Origin: Octopus vulgaris
Taxonomy: Eukaryota
Length of the DNA stretch: 64,000 bases
Direction of reading: 5' to 3'
NCBI GenBank assembly: GCA_951406725.2
Contig: OX597814.1
Coordinates: forward strand, 115,630,001-115,694,000
Below, in pieces: positions 53,025 through 64,000 of the stretch. Position numbers and translations under genes: made by a program. Below the pieces are notes generated by a model that was not told where the DNA came from, ran no database searches, and was given only the letters and a program-made list of their open reading frames with translations. How positions within the stretch are numbered: position 1 is the stretch's first letter; each line of letters begins with the position of its first letter.

Positions 53025-55153
53025 GTAAGTGTTTTTTGGTTGTTTGTTGTTGTTTCAGCCATTGGATTGTGACCATGCTGGGGTACCACCATGAAGTGTT
53101 TCTAATTGAACAGATTGACTCTAGTGTTTATTTTTGCTTAAGTCTAGTATCTATTGGCCTTTTTTTGCCAAACTAATTTATGGAAATGTAAACAAACCAA
53201 CATTGGTTTAGAAGACACTTGTCCAAGGTGCTGTGCTGTGAGACTGAACCCAAAACCATGTGGTTGCAGAGTAAGTTTCTTGACCACACAGCCATTCCTG
53301 CACCTGTTTGTGTTGCAAATATTCTGTCTGCTTTTTGATACTTCAAGGAAAAATCTTAAAATGAACTTTTCTTTTCTCTCCTTTGCACATTTGTAATCAT
53401 CCAATTATGTTACAGACTTCTGTATGCTTGCCCTGCAAGAAACAGCAGCCAGACCTCCATGGGGATCATATACCTCACCACCACTGTCTCAAAAAGTGAA
53501 GGATGCATTCATCATCATCATTTAACATCCGTTGTCCGTGCTGGCATGGGTTAGACAGTTTGACTGGGCTGGCATGCAGGAAGGCTGCACCAGACTCCAG
53601 TTTGATTTGGCATGGTTTTCTATGGCTGGATTCCCTTCATAAAACCAGCTACTCCAGAGTGTAATGGGTGCTTTTATGTGCCACCTGCACAGGTGTCAAT
53701 TTGTGTGACACTGGTATCTTCCACAACTGCAATTTTGCTAAGTTTGATGAGTCTTCTTCTCAAGCACAATATAATGCCAAAGACCTTGGTCATTACCTTC
53801 ATGAGGCCCAACACTCAAAAGGAACTCATCCACCTTGCTTCCATGAGGCCCAAGGTTGTCCTAGGTACTCTTAAAAAGACAGGATGGTCAAGACCAGCAT
53901 GTCTGGATTGAGCCTGTCCTGTAAGCTAAACTATAACCAGTTAAAGGTTGTGTAAGAAGCACCTGTGCTGGTACCACATATACAGCACTCAGTCCACTCT
54001 ATAAAGTGGTTTGATTTAGGAAGGGCATCCAGCTATAGAAACCATGCCAAAATAGACTTTTGGAGCCTGGTGGAGCTCTCCTACTGGCCAGCTCTGGTCA
54101 AACTGTCCAACCCAAGACAGCATAGAAAATGAATGTTAAATGACAGAGATGATGTGTATATCAGCTGGTGCTTTGTTGTACTCAAGAAGACCCATCTTCC
54201 ACAGCAGAAGTGTGAAGGGCACCCCCACCCCCTAGTGAAGCAGGTTGGCCTGCAAGAGTCATGTGTCAGTGCCATGTTAAAAGCACCTAGCACTCACTGT
54301 AAAGTGGTTGGCGTTATGAAGGGCATCCAACCATAGAAACCTAGACCAGCGCTCCAACTTGCCAGTTCTGATCAACCCATCCAACCCATGCCAGCATGGA
54401 AAATGAATGTTAATCCTTTAGCATTCAGATTCCTTTGTCAAATGTAATAGCTGTTTATTCACATTTTATAAAATCAATCCTGTATTCTCATAGCTTCAAG
54501 GTTTATTTTTAGAATCATGTTGCAGGGTAAGTGTCAGAGGCTAGATTTGGCCACCTGGAGATAAAACCAGTAGAATATTTGGGCCAAGCATGGCTGTTTT
54601 AAATGCTAAAAGGTTAAAGAATGATGATGGTGTGGATGTTTGCCAGACATTGCTCTTTATGAATTAACAATGTATTTGTGCAGTGACAATAAAGGTAACC
54701 ACAGTAGAGCTGTTTTTGTTTAGTTTCAAATGAACCCTAACCAAGCAGGCTGACAATCAAAACCTTCCATCCATACCTATCTCCTATAATCAATATACCC
54801 AAAGATACAGTAGAATATCTAATCCTTTGTATTGTCTTCTGTTTTTCTAAAATGTAAAGGTGGGTGTGGCTTGATGTGATTTTAGCTGCTATTTCTAGCA
54901 ATCAAATGATCGTACTGAGTCAAAACTAATATTGTAAGGGGTAGCTTAGTTAAGTTGATTACCACATGATATATAGTAACAATTTCTGTAGCAACATTGC
55001 ATTATTTTTATCTTGATTTATTTCAGTCTGGATCACATTAACTCTTTTGTTACCAAACTAGCTCTGGCTCTGAGTAGAAATGTCTTGTTTTCATGAGTTT
55101 TGAATTAAAATCTTCCACCAAACCTTAGTTACAATTTATGTTCCTAATACTAG

Positions 55154-55523
55154 GTTTCGTTTTTGGATTTGGTTTGCAAGATTCTTTATGTGAGTTTGTG
55201 TGTTGAAGCATATTCTGTTGTGTCTGGGGAGAGTCATTTTCTTTTCGTGCCTTATAATATAACACACTCACCAGTAAAATTAAAATTTTCGTTGTGTCTT
55301 GCAACCTTTTCAATAGTTTTGACTCTCTTAGTGATGGTGGGTGGTCTTCCTCTCTGTGACATGGTGGGGCAGAATTTACTAACATCAGAGTCAAAACTAT
55401 TGAAAAGGTTGCAAGACGCAACGAAAATTTTAGGAAAATAAAAATAAGGAATAAGTGCAAATTTTACCGGTGAGTGTGTTACATTATAAGACACAAAAAG
55501 AAAATGACTCTCTCCAGACACAA
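55154..55523. mobile_element. Palindromic Penelope-like remnant inserted into a piggyBac MITE (55042-~55619)
   Basis: Arms 55218-55326 and 55387-55523. The host MITE sequence resumes on either side. Confidence 0.62.
55397..55433 (+). ncRNA. Hammerhead motif, U3:A8 variant
   Basis: cta-TTGAAAA-g-gttgc/aagac/gcaac-GAAA-at-TT-tag. Inverted partner at 55280-55316 (-). Confidence 0.6.
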
Positions 55524-57454
55524 TAGGATAACTAGGTTATTATACTAAATTCTTTGTTATATTTAAAATAATTGAAAGAAACACAGAGCATCTCAAAATA
55601 AATACAGTAACGAAAGGAGTAATAACAAAAGTAGATTCAACAGATTGCAGTATAGTGGCTGTTCATTTTAATTTGCCATCTTCAGCAGCTGATTTATTGA
55701 GTTAGTAAGATCCCTTTCATCTGAAGCTTTGTGTAAGTGGTGACATGTGGCTTAGGGATTAAGGTGTTGGGGTCCTCATTGTATGATTGTGGTTTCAATT
55801 CCTGCACTAGCTGATACGTTGTGCTCTTGAAGAAAACCCTTCATTTCATGTTGCTCCAGTCCACTCACCTAGCAAAAATGAGTAACCCTGCAATGGATCA
55901 GCATCCCGTCCAGGGGTAATGTATATGCCACAGAAACTGGGACATTGGCCCTATGAACCTGTATAGAGAAGAAGCTCTGTGCAAGTTGGCATGTATGACT
56001 AGATCTGCCTCAAAAATAGCAATTCCTTTGGTATTTCCTGCCTGGTTAAGTCGTCATCATCATCATAATTTAGACCTGCTTTTCCATGTTTGCATAGGTT
56101 GGATGGTTTATTGAGGCTGATTTTCTACAGCTGGATGCCCTTCCTGTTGCCAGCTCTGACTTTCCAAGCAAGCTAGTATTTCCTTGCAGCCAGATGTGTT
56201 TTTCATAGACTAAGACAAACACTGCCTGTTTGATGTTCATTTACAACCATCACATGATGTCATTGACCAGATCCAAATCTACTCGCAAAGCTGAGGCTAT
56301 GGTAAAATACACTTGCCTAGGGTACTACGCAGTGGGACTGAACCCTGTACCACAAGGTTACGAAGCAGCTAACTTAACCACATAGCCACTCCTGCACTTA
56401 TATGCATCCTTACGTATACATGCACTTACACACACACAAATCAGTGTATGGATATATATGTATATATATATATTATCATCATCGTTTAACATCTGTTTTC
56501 CATGCTAGCATGGGTTGGATGGTTTGACCGGGGTCTGGGAAGCCAGGAGGCTGCACCAAGCACCAGTCTGATCTGGCAGTGTTTCTACAACTAGATACCC
56601 TTCCTAACGCTAACCACTCAGTGAGTGTAGTGGGTGCTTTTTACATGCCACTGGCACAGGTGGCAAGGGAGGTTGGCAACGGCCACGATCGGTTGGTGCT
56701 TCTGTTATTCCCTGCATCACTGTCTGTTTTATTTCAATCTCCTCTCACATTGATAACATTGTTCCTCCCATCATACTTTCACTTCTCTCACCATTTCAAC
56801 CACAGCTCAGTTCCTGCCATCACCACTTCTGTTTCCCCTCTTCAGATTGTGGAGAGTCTCTTCAGCTTTGCAAGATAAGGTAGACTTCACTAGTGCTGGA
56901 CCTATAGATCATCATCATCATCATTTAATGTCCATTTTCCATGCTGTCATGGGTTGGACTGTTTGACAAGAGCTGACTAGGCGGAGGGCTGCACCTGGCT
57001 CCAGTCATCTGTTTGGCATGGTTTCTAAACACCAACCCACTGGTGATGACAAAGGAATTCTTTCTATATACTAATGAACACCCACTGTGGAGGATAGAAG
57101 CAACCCCAGTGGTGAGGCATATATGTAGAATGGATGATATGATCCACATGTTGTGTTTGACCTGTGTTTCCATGTGCACTTGGGGCAAAGTGCATAGCTG
57201 CATTTCATCTGTCTTTACATTCTAGGTTCAAATTCCACCAAGGTTGACTTTGCCTTTCGTCCATTCAGGATCAATAAAATAAGTATGGGTGGAACATAGG
57301 GTTCAATATAATCAACTGGCCTTGTGCCAGAAATTGAAATCAAACACTGTAAGCTGCATATATATTATCTTAAAATACTGTATTTAGTGCTAAAATCTCA
57401 GATTTGTTCCCATGTAGAACTGAATGGGTTGTAGTTACATTAACTATAGACAGT

Positions 57455-59195
57455 TCATCACCATTTAACGTCCACTTTCCATGCTGGCATGGCTTGGGCA
57501 GTTTGACTGATGACTGGCAAGCCTGTAGGCTGTACCAGGCTCCAATCTGTTCTGGCAAGGTTTTTACAGCTGGATGCCCTTCCTAACAATAACCACTCCA
57601 AGAGTGTAGTGGGTGCTTTCACATGCCACCAGCAAGAGGGCTAGTCAGGCAACGACCACGCTCAAATGGTGTTTTTACGTGTCACATGCGCAGGAGCCAG
57701 TCCAGCGGCACTGGCAACGCCCTTACTCGAATGTTGTGAGGCCTAATGTCTGATGGTCATGCTTCACCACCTCATCCCAGGTCTTCCTGGGTCTACCTCT
57801 TCCACAGTTTCCCTCAACCGCTAGGGTATTACACTTTTTCACACAGCTATCCTCATCCATTTGCACCACATGATCATACCAGCGCAGTCGCCTCTCTTGC
57901 ACACCACATCTGATGTTTCTTAGTTCCAACTTTTCTCTCAAGGCACTTACACTCTGTCGAGTATGTACACGGATGTTACACATCCAGCGTTCCTTGTAAG
58001 CTTACGTGTGTCCTCGGCAGTTACAGCCCATGTTTCACTGTCATGTAGCATGGCTACCTTTTACTCTGAGCGAGAGGCCCTTTGTCACCAGCAGAGGTAG
58101 GAGCTCTCTGAACTTTGCCCAGGCTATTCTTATTCTAGCAGCTACACTTTCAGAGCATCCACCCCTGCTACTGATTTGGTCACCTAGTTGACGGAAGCTA
58201 TCAACTACTTCTAGTTTTTCTCCCTGGAATGTGGCAGAAGTTGTTCTCTGCACATTTTCAGTGGTTATTGCTCCTGAGCATCTGCCACATACAAAAATTA
58301 TCTTCCTAGTTATCCTTCCTTTGATATTGCTGCACCCCTTGTGTGTCCATAGCTTGCACTGGGTACATCTTATAGAGTTTCTACTACGCCTTTTCTACAG
58401 ATCAAGCATGGCTATCTACCTGAAAGGATTTGTAGTTTGTCTGCCTTCCTACTTATTAGGACTTTGGTTTTAGCTAGGTTGACTCTAAGGCCCATCAATT
58501 CTAATCCTTGTTTCCACGCCTGAAACTTCTCTAGTTCAGCAATTAGAGCAAGGTCATCAGCATAGAGGAGCTCCTAGGGGGCATCCTGTCTTGAACTCTT
58601 GTTATTGCCTGGAGGACTATGATAAATAGGAGGAGGCTGGGGACTGAACCTTGGTGGACCTCTACCCGGAATTCTTCACTGTACTCGTTGCCAACCCTCA
58701 CTTTACTGACAGCGTCCCTGTGCAGGCTCGCACAGCTCTCACTAACCATTCATCTATCCCTAGTTTCCTCATTGACCATCAGATAAGGGATCGGGAGACC
58801 CTGTCAAAGAAAGCCAAGTACAGAGGTTTATCTTTGGCTAGGTATTTCTCCTGCAGCTGTCTTACCAGAAATGTAGCATCAGTGGTGCTTTTCCCTGGCA
58901 TGATCCCGAACTGCATGTCATCTAAACTGACTCTCTCCCTCTCCGTGACTTTCATTACCTGATCCAACAACTTGATATATCTGTAATTATTTGTGTCTAA
59001 TGTGTCACCTTTACCTTTGTAGCAGTTGACTATAGTGCTGCTACACCAGTCATTGGGTATGACTCCTTCATATATCACCTGGTTAACTATACGAGTGACT
59101 AGGCTATAGCCAACACCGCCAGATATTTTGAGCATCTCTGCAGTGATTCCTGATGGGCCAGGGGCTTTCCCTGTCTTCATACTCTTAATGCCTCT
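57455..59195 (-). mobile_element. RTE LINE with RT domain start
   Basis: MKTGKAPGPSGITAEMLK...YKGKGD...NYR...QFG..PGKSTTDA (track ORF 58779-59201), downstream fragments and 3'UTR. Confidence 0.92.
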
Positions 59196-59504
59196 AAGCA
59201 TGCTAACAGTTCTGCCATCTCACTGCCTTAATGTAAGAAATATAAACCATCTAGTGAACCCAGATGCTGTTCACTCGAAGTTTTTTTTTTTTTTTTCTTC
59301 TTAATACCTTAATACCTCAAAATACTCTCTACATTTGACTAAAGTATTTTTACCGAACTATTCAACATTGACTCATTACAGCCGGTCAATGTTGCCCGTT
59401 TCTTTTATAATTGCAGAACGAAAAGTGTCGTCTTTTAACACAATGACTTGAAAAACCATTTCTACTTCTGTGATTTGTAAATGACATTTTGTTTCGTCAT
59501 ACAG

Positions 59505-59601
59505 GAAGAATAATAATAATAATAATGTTCAGGGACAAACTTCTGTCACAGATTATTTTCCCGTCAGAAGAAGCAACAGACAGACAAAGAAATTTTTGGA
59601 G
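59505..59601 (+). CDS. KMT5A: KMT5A PIP-degron exon (KNNNNNNVQGQTSVTDYFPVRRSNRQTKKFLE)
   Basis: tcatacag acceptor, gtgagc donor, phase 2/0. TDYFPVRRSNR matches the recalled SET8 signature TDFYPVRRSSR. SET-domain exons are expected downstream of the window. Confidence 0.9.
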
Positions 59602-61154
59602 GTGAGCTTTAAAATTTTTTTAATTTCTTTCTTTTATCTTTTATTTGTTTCAGTCATTAGATTGCACCACCTTGAAGAATTTTTTGGTAAATTGTAGGTG
59701 TAGGCACAGGTGTGGTTGTGTAGTAAGAAGCTTACTTTCCAACCACATGGTTCCAGGTTCAGTCCTTCTGTGTGACACCTTGGGCAGACCAAAGCCATGT
59801 GAGTGGATTTGGTAGACGGAAACTGAAAGATGCCTGTTGTATGTGTGTGTGTGTGTGTATATATATATATTTATATGTGTATAGGTTTGTGTCTGTTTGT
59901 TCCCGTAACTTAATGGTTTGACAATAGAGACTGATGGAATAAGTACTAGGCTTACAAAGAATATGCCCTGATGGTCGATTTGTTCAACTAAATGTAGTGT
60001 TCCAGCATAGCCACAGTCAAATGACTGAAACACGCAATTGAATGTAATTATTTTTGCTTTTAAGCCGAGTATTTATTCCATCACTCTCTTTTGCCAGACT
60101 GCTAAGTTACAGGGAGCATAAACTCCATCAACAGCAGTTGTCAAGTGGTGCTGGGGGACAAACACACACAACAGGCTTCTTTCAGTTACTGTCTATCAAA
60201 TCCATTCACAAGGTTTTGGTCAGTCTGAGGCAATAGTGGAAGACACTTGCCTAAGGTGCCGTGCAGTGGGACTGAGTCTGGAACTATGTGTTTGGGAAAT
60301 AAGCTTCTTACCTCACAGCCAAGCCTGCACCTTTTGTGAGTAAGTGAGTTTTATACATCATCATCATCGTTTAACGTCCGCTTTCCATGCTAGCATGGGT
60401 TGGACGATTTGACTGAGGGCTGGCGAACCAGGTGGCTGCACTAGGCTTCAATCTTGATCTGGCAGAGTTTCTACAGTTTGATGCCCTTCCTAACGCCAAC
60501 CACTCCAAGAGTGTAGTGGGTGCTTTTACGTGCCACTGGCATGAGGCCAGTCAAGTGGTACTGGCAACGACCTCGCTCGAACCTTTTACACATGCCACCA
60601 GCACAGGTGCCAGTATGGCAATGCTGGTAACGATCACGCTCAAATGGTGTCTTTTACCGGTTCAGAGGCCAGATAGCCGCTCTGGCAACGATCACGCTCA
60701 GATGGTACTCTTAACACCCTACTAGCATGGGGCTTGAGTGCAAGTAAGGCGATGCTGGTAACGATCACACTTGAATAGTGCCTTTTATGTGCCACTGGCA
60801 CGGAAGCCAGTTAGCTGCTCTGTCAATGATCACACTCGTATGGTGCTCTTTGCATGTCGCTAGCACAGACACCAGTCATCGAATTTGATTTTGATATTAA
60901 TTGTGATTTCACTTGCCTCAACAGGTCTTTGCAAGCAGAGTTTTAGTGTCCAAAGAAGGAAAAGGTACGCATAGGTGGGCTGGTTACGCCCCTGGCACAG
61001 AGTGCAATCCTTGAGGCTTTCTAAATATGCTATGCCTAACAAAAAAGCACATTAATTTTTTTTTTTGTTTTTTAATTGCATGACTTACCTGATGCGTCAT
61101 TTCTCATGCAGCCCAAATCTCAACAAAGGTTGCCTATATATATAATAATAATGG

Positions 61155-61365
61155 TGGTGAGCTGGCAGAAACGTTAGCACACCGGTAGAAATGCTTAGCG
61201 GTATTTCATGTCTTTACATTCTGAGTTCAAATTCTGCTGAGGTCAACTTTGCCTTTCATCCTTTCAAGGTCGATAAATTAAGTACCAGTTGCATACTGGG
61301 GTCGACCTTATTGACTGGCTGCCTTCCCAAAAATTTCGGGCCTTGTGCCTAGAGTAGAAAAGTAT
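61155..61365 (+). mobile_element. Representative tRNA-derived SINE family 2
   Basis: ggtgagctggcagaaacgttagc...gagttcaaattc...ctttgcctttcatcc...aagtaccagt. Copies at ~26507-26668, 31650-31876(-) and 50130-50310(-). Confidence 0.82.
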
Positions 61366-61816
61366 ATAGTGATTGTTGCAAGTGTCACCTTACCAGCACA
61401 TGTGCCAGTGGCACGTGAAAAACAACATTCAAAAGTGGTTGTTGCCAGTGTCGCCTGACTGGCTCCCATGCAGGTAGCACATAAAAAACACCTTTTGAGC
61501 GTGGTCGTTGCCAGAACTGCCTGACTGGCCCTCATGCCAGTGGCACATAAAAGCACCCACTACATTGTCGGAGTGGTTGATGTTAGGAAGGGCATCCAGC
61601 TGTAGAAACTTTGCGAGATCAGATTGAGCCAGGTGCAGCCTTCTGGCTCACCAGTGAAACCGTCCAACCCATGCCAGCATGGAAAGCGGACATGAAACGA
61701 TGGTGATGATGATACATATATAAAAATTAAAAAAACATTTGCACCGAAAGCATATATATGTATGTACATATTTTAGTTTGGCTGCTTGTTTCTCTGGAGT
61801 CTGTCAGAATGATGTA

Positions 61817-61866
61817 GACACCTCTGATGAGAACTTAATAAGGTTCGAAAATCGATTAAGTTTGTT
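61817..61866 (+). ncRNA. Minimal type I hammerhead ribozyme motif, canonical C3:G8 core
   Basis: CTGATGA-gaactt/aata/aggttc-GAAA-atcgat(palindrome)-TA. Stem I is partly decayed. Lies between (TA)n-rich tracts like a Penelope 3' end. Confidence 0.7.
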
Positions 61867-62500
61867 CATCATTTTTTTCAGTCTACAAAGAAATGGTTAA
61901 AATTTGCCCTGTTTATAATTATACGATATGTTACATATACATAAATATCAAAACGCTGTATATATATACCAAAGATTGTATATATATACATGTAATGTGA
62001 CAATTTGCGACAACCAATAATTAACGCAACCAATTCCCAATAATATATTGGTTTTATCCTTTTCTGCCAAATTTTCCCAAATAGTCTCATCACACTATTG
62101 AACTTCTCTGTTACCAAACACTATATTTATACATGTAATGTGACAATTATGTATAAAAAAACATTTTTGAATTCATAATATCCAATGTGACAATTATGTA
62201 AAAAACTTTTTTGAATGCATAATATTCAATGTGACAATTATGTAAAAAACTTTTTTGAACCCATAATATCCAATGTGACAATTATGTAAAAAACTTTTTT
62301 GAATGCATAATATTCAATGTGACAATTATGTAAAAAACTTTTTTTGAACCCATATTATTCAATGTTTCCTTAAATGTAACTTTTGACAATCTTTTACCAA
62401 AGAGTGAAACCGGTTAAGTAAATAAACATCGTTTAAATTGCATTTTCAAACCTTTTTTCTTATATAATCCCACTCGTGCGATACCCCACAACTCAACTTT

Positions 62501-62546
<46 letters not shown>

Positions 62547-62842
62547 GAAACAAGATGGAAAAAATATTACTAGGATACCAGAGGTAGAGTAATATGCTTT
62601 ATTGAAAAGCAGCAGAAATATCACAAAACTGTTACTCCAGAGTTTCACATTCCCATTCAGCTGCTTTACAATAAAGTATATATATATATATATATACTGC
62701 TGTGTCTGGCGAGAGTCATTTTCTTTTTGTGCCTTATAATGTTATACACTCACCGGTAAAATTCCCACTTATTTCTTATTTTTATTTTCCTAAAATTTTC
62801 ATTACGTCTTGCAACCTTTTCAATAATCTTGAAAAGTCAAAA

Positions 62843-62879
62843 CTATTGAAAAGGTTGCAAGACACAACGAAAATTTTAG
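62843..62879 (+). ncRNA. Hammerhead motif, U3:A8 variant
   Basis: Same family as 55397. The inverted partner at 62790-62826 (-) keeps stem II through G:U wobbles (gttgc/gtaat). Confidence 0.58.
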
Positions 62880-63423
62880 GAAAATAAGAAGCAGAAATAA
62901 GTGGAAATTTTACCGGTGAGTGTGTTACATTATAAGACACAAAAAGAAAATGACTCTCCCCAGACACAACAGTATATGCTTCAACACACGAACTCATATA
63001 AAGAATCTTGCAAACCAAATCCAAAAACGAAATATATATATATATAAAGTATGTGTATGTGTACATATAAAGTGTCATCTAACCTGTTGTGTGTATCTTT
63101 CTAAAGTTGCAAGATAGCTTGCTGATTATAGGCCTACCATCCTTTCAAGGTCCACCAGTCATAGTCTACATACACAACCAAGGCCTACATCTAACGTGGA
63201 AGCTGTGTAAAGCTTAAGCTGATTTGACAGGCTTCTACTTCGTATTCTTCTATTTCATGCCAATTCTTTAAATCAATTCTGTTGGCCAAATGAACCCACA
63301 ATTGTTTTCCCATACTTCCATTTGCAACAGAAATCCCATGACTTGGCAGCATTCATTCAGTTTAGTGAGCCCTTATATTAGTGTTTCCTATTTTTATAAT
63401 TGAATATTATTAGGATTGTTTAA

Positions 63424-64000
63424 CCCTTTCGTTACCAAACCGTCCAAAGCCGCCCGAAAAATATTTTGGTTTATGTGACCAAAACCGCCCGTAATTACCT
63501 ACTCATATTTAAATGAGATTATCAGAGCAAATCTCTTTAGTACATTTGTGAAAAGACGTGATTATACTTCGTAAACAGTTCATCTACAGTTTTGTACAAC
63601 GATCGAAGTGTAATTTTAATTCCGTGAATTTTGGGAGATTTTTTCCTGAAATTTGTTCCTATTGTGTTTTCAAAATTTGTAATTCTGACAAAAAATGGAT
63701 ACAAATTTCATTATGTCAAGCAGCGAGTCAGAATTCGAAGGATTTTCTACTGAAGACCTTGATAAATCTAACTCTATGACTGAAATAAAAAAAGCATGTG
63801 GTATTTGATAATGGATCCGATGTTTCATTTTCTGAAAATGAAAGCAGTGAATCCGAGAGCTCCGACAGCGATAAAGAAAATGAATTGGCACCTGAATGGA
63901 GTAAAAATATAAAAACTGTTTCTTTCAGTGATTTTTCTGAAGAAACTGGACCCAAGCCACAGTCTTTCCCAGGAGAGTGAAGCCTTAGACTATTTCTTTT
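63424..64000 (+). mobile_element. Second copy of the same piggyBac element (runs off window), frameshifted
   Basis: TTAA + ccctttcgttacc; collinear with 30064 onward; ATG at 63695, frameshift in the A-run near 63785. Confidence 0.88.

Larger units (their letters stand above)
61770..63032. mobile_element. Cluster of Penelope-like ends in (TA)n, incl. ~43 bp tandem array and palindrome 62701-62968
   Basis: Four hammerhead-like motifs, repeats of aatgtgacaattatgtaaaaaacttttttgaa at ~62135-62365, and (TA)n spacers. Confidence 0.55.

Overview
AT-rich, repeat-dense animal genomic DNA. The SINE/LINE repertoire suggests an octopod cephalopod (inference). Most short ORFs in the track are noise. Two intron-rich genes diverge from a ~1 kb bidirectional promoter at ~39.1-40.1 kb. 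On the minus strand is strawberry notch/SBNO1, with coding exons 39078-39095, 12277-12399, 8636-8755 and 6554-7177, continuing past position 1. On the plus strand is the H4K20 methyltransferase KMT5A/SETD8/PR-Set7, with exons 40092-40101, 52715-53024 and 59505-59601; the SET domain was not found in the window. From recall, the same two genes are divergent neighbours in human. The introns hold RTE-clade LINE fragments with a PHD finger, tRNA-derived SINEs, piggyBac, hAT and mariner derivatives, a Helitron end and a 1.5 kb minisatellite. Main highlight: about a dozen minimal hammerhead-ribozyme-like motifs in Penelope-type ends, mostly next to (TA)n tracts and often in palindromic pairs. They carry three different versions of the catalytic 3:8 pair (C3:G8, U3:A8, G3:C8). 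Also notable are a chain of stop/start-overlapped uORFs in the SBNO1 leader and the degron motifs in KMT5A. All calls were made by eye, with no database searches.
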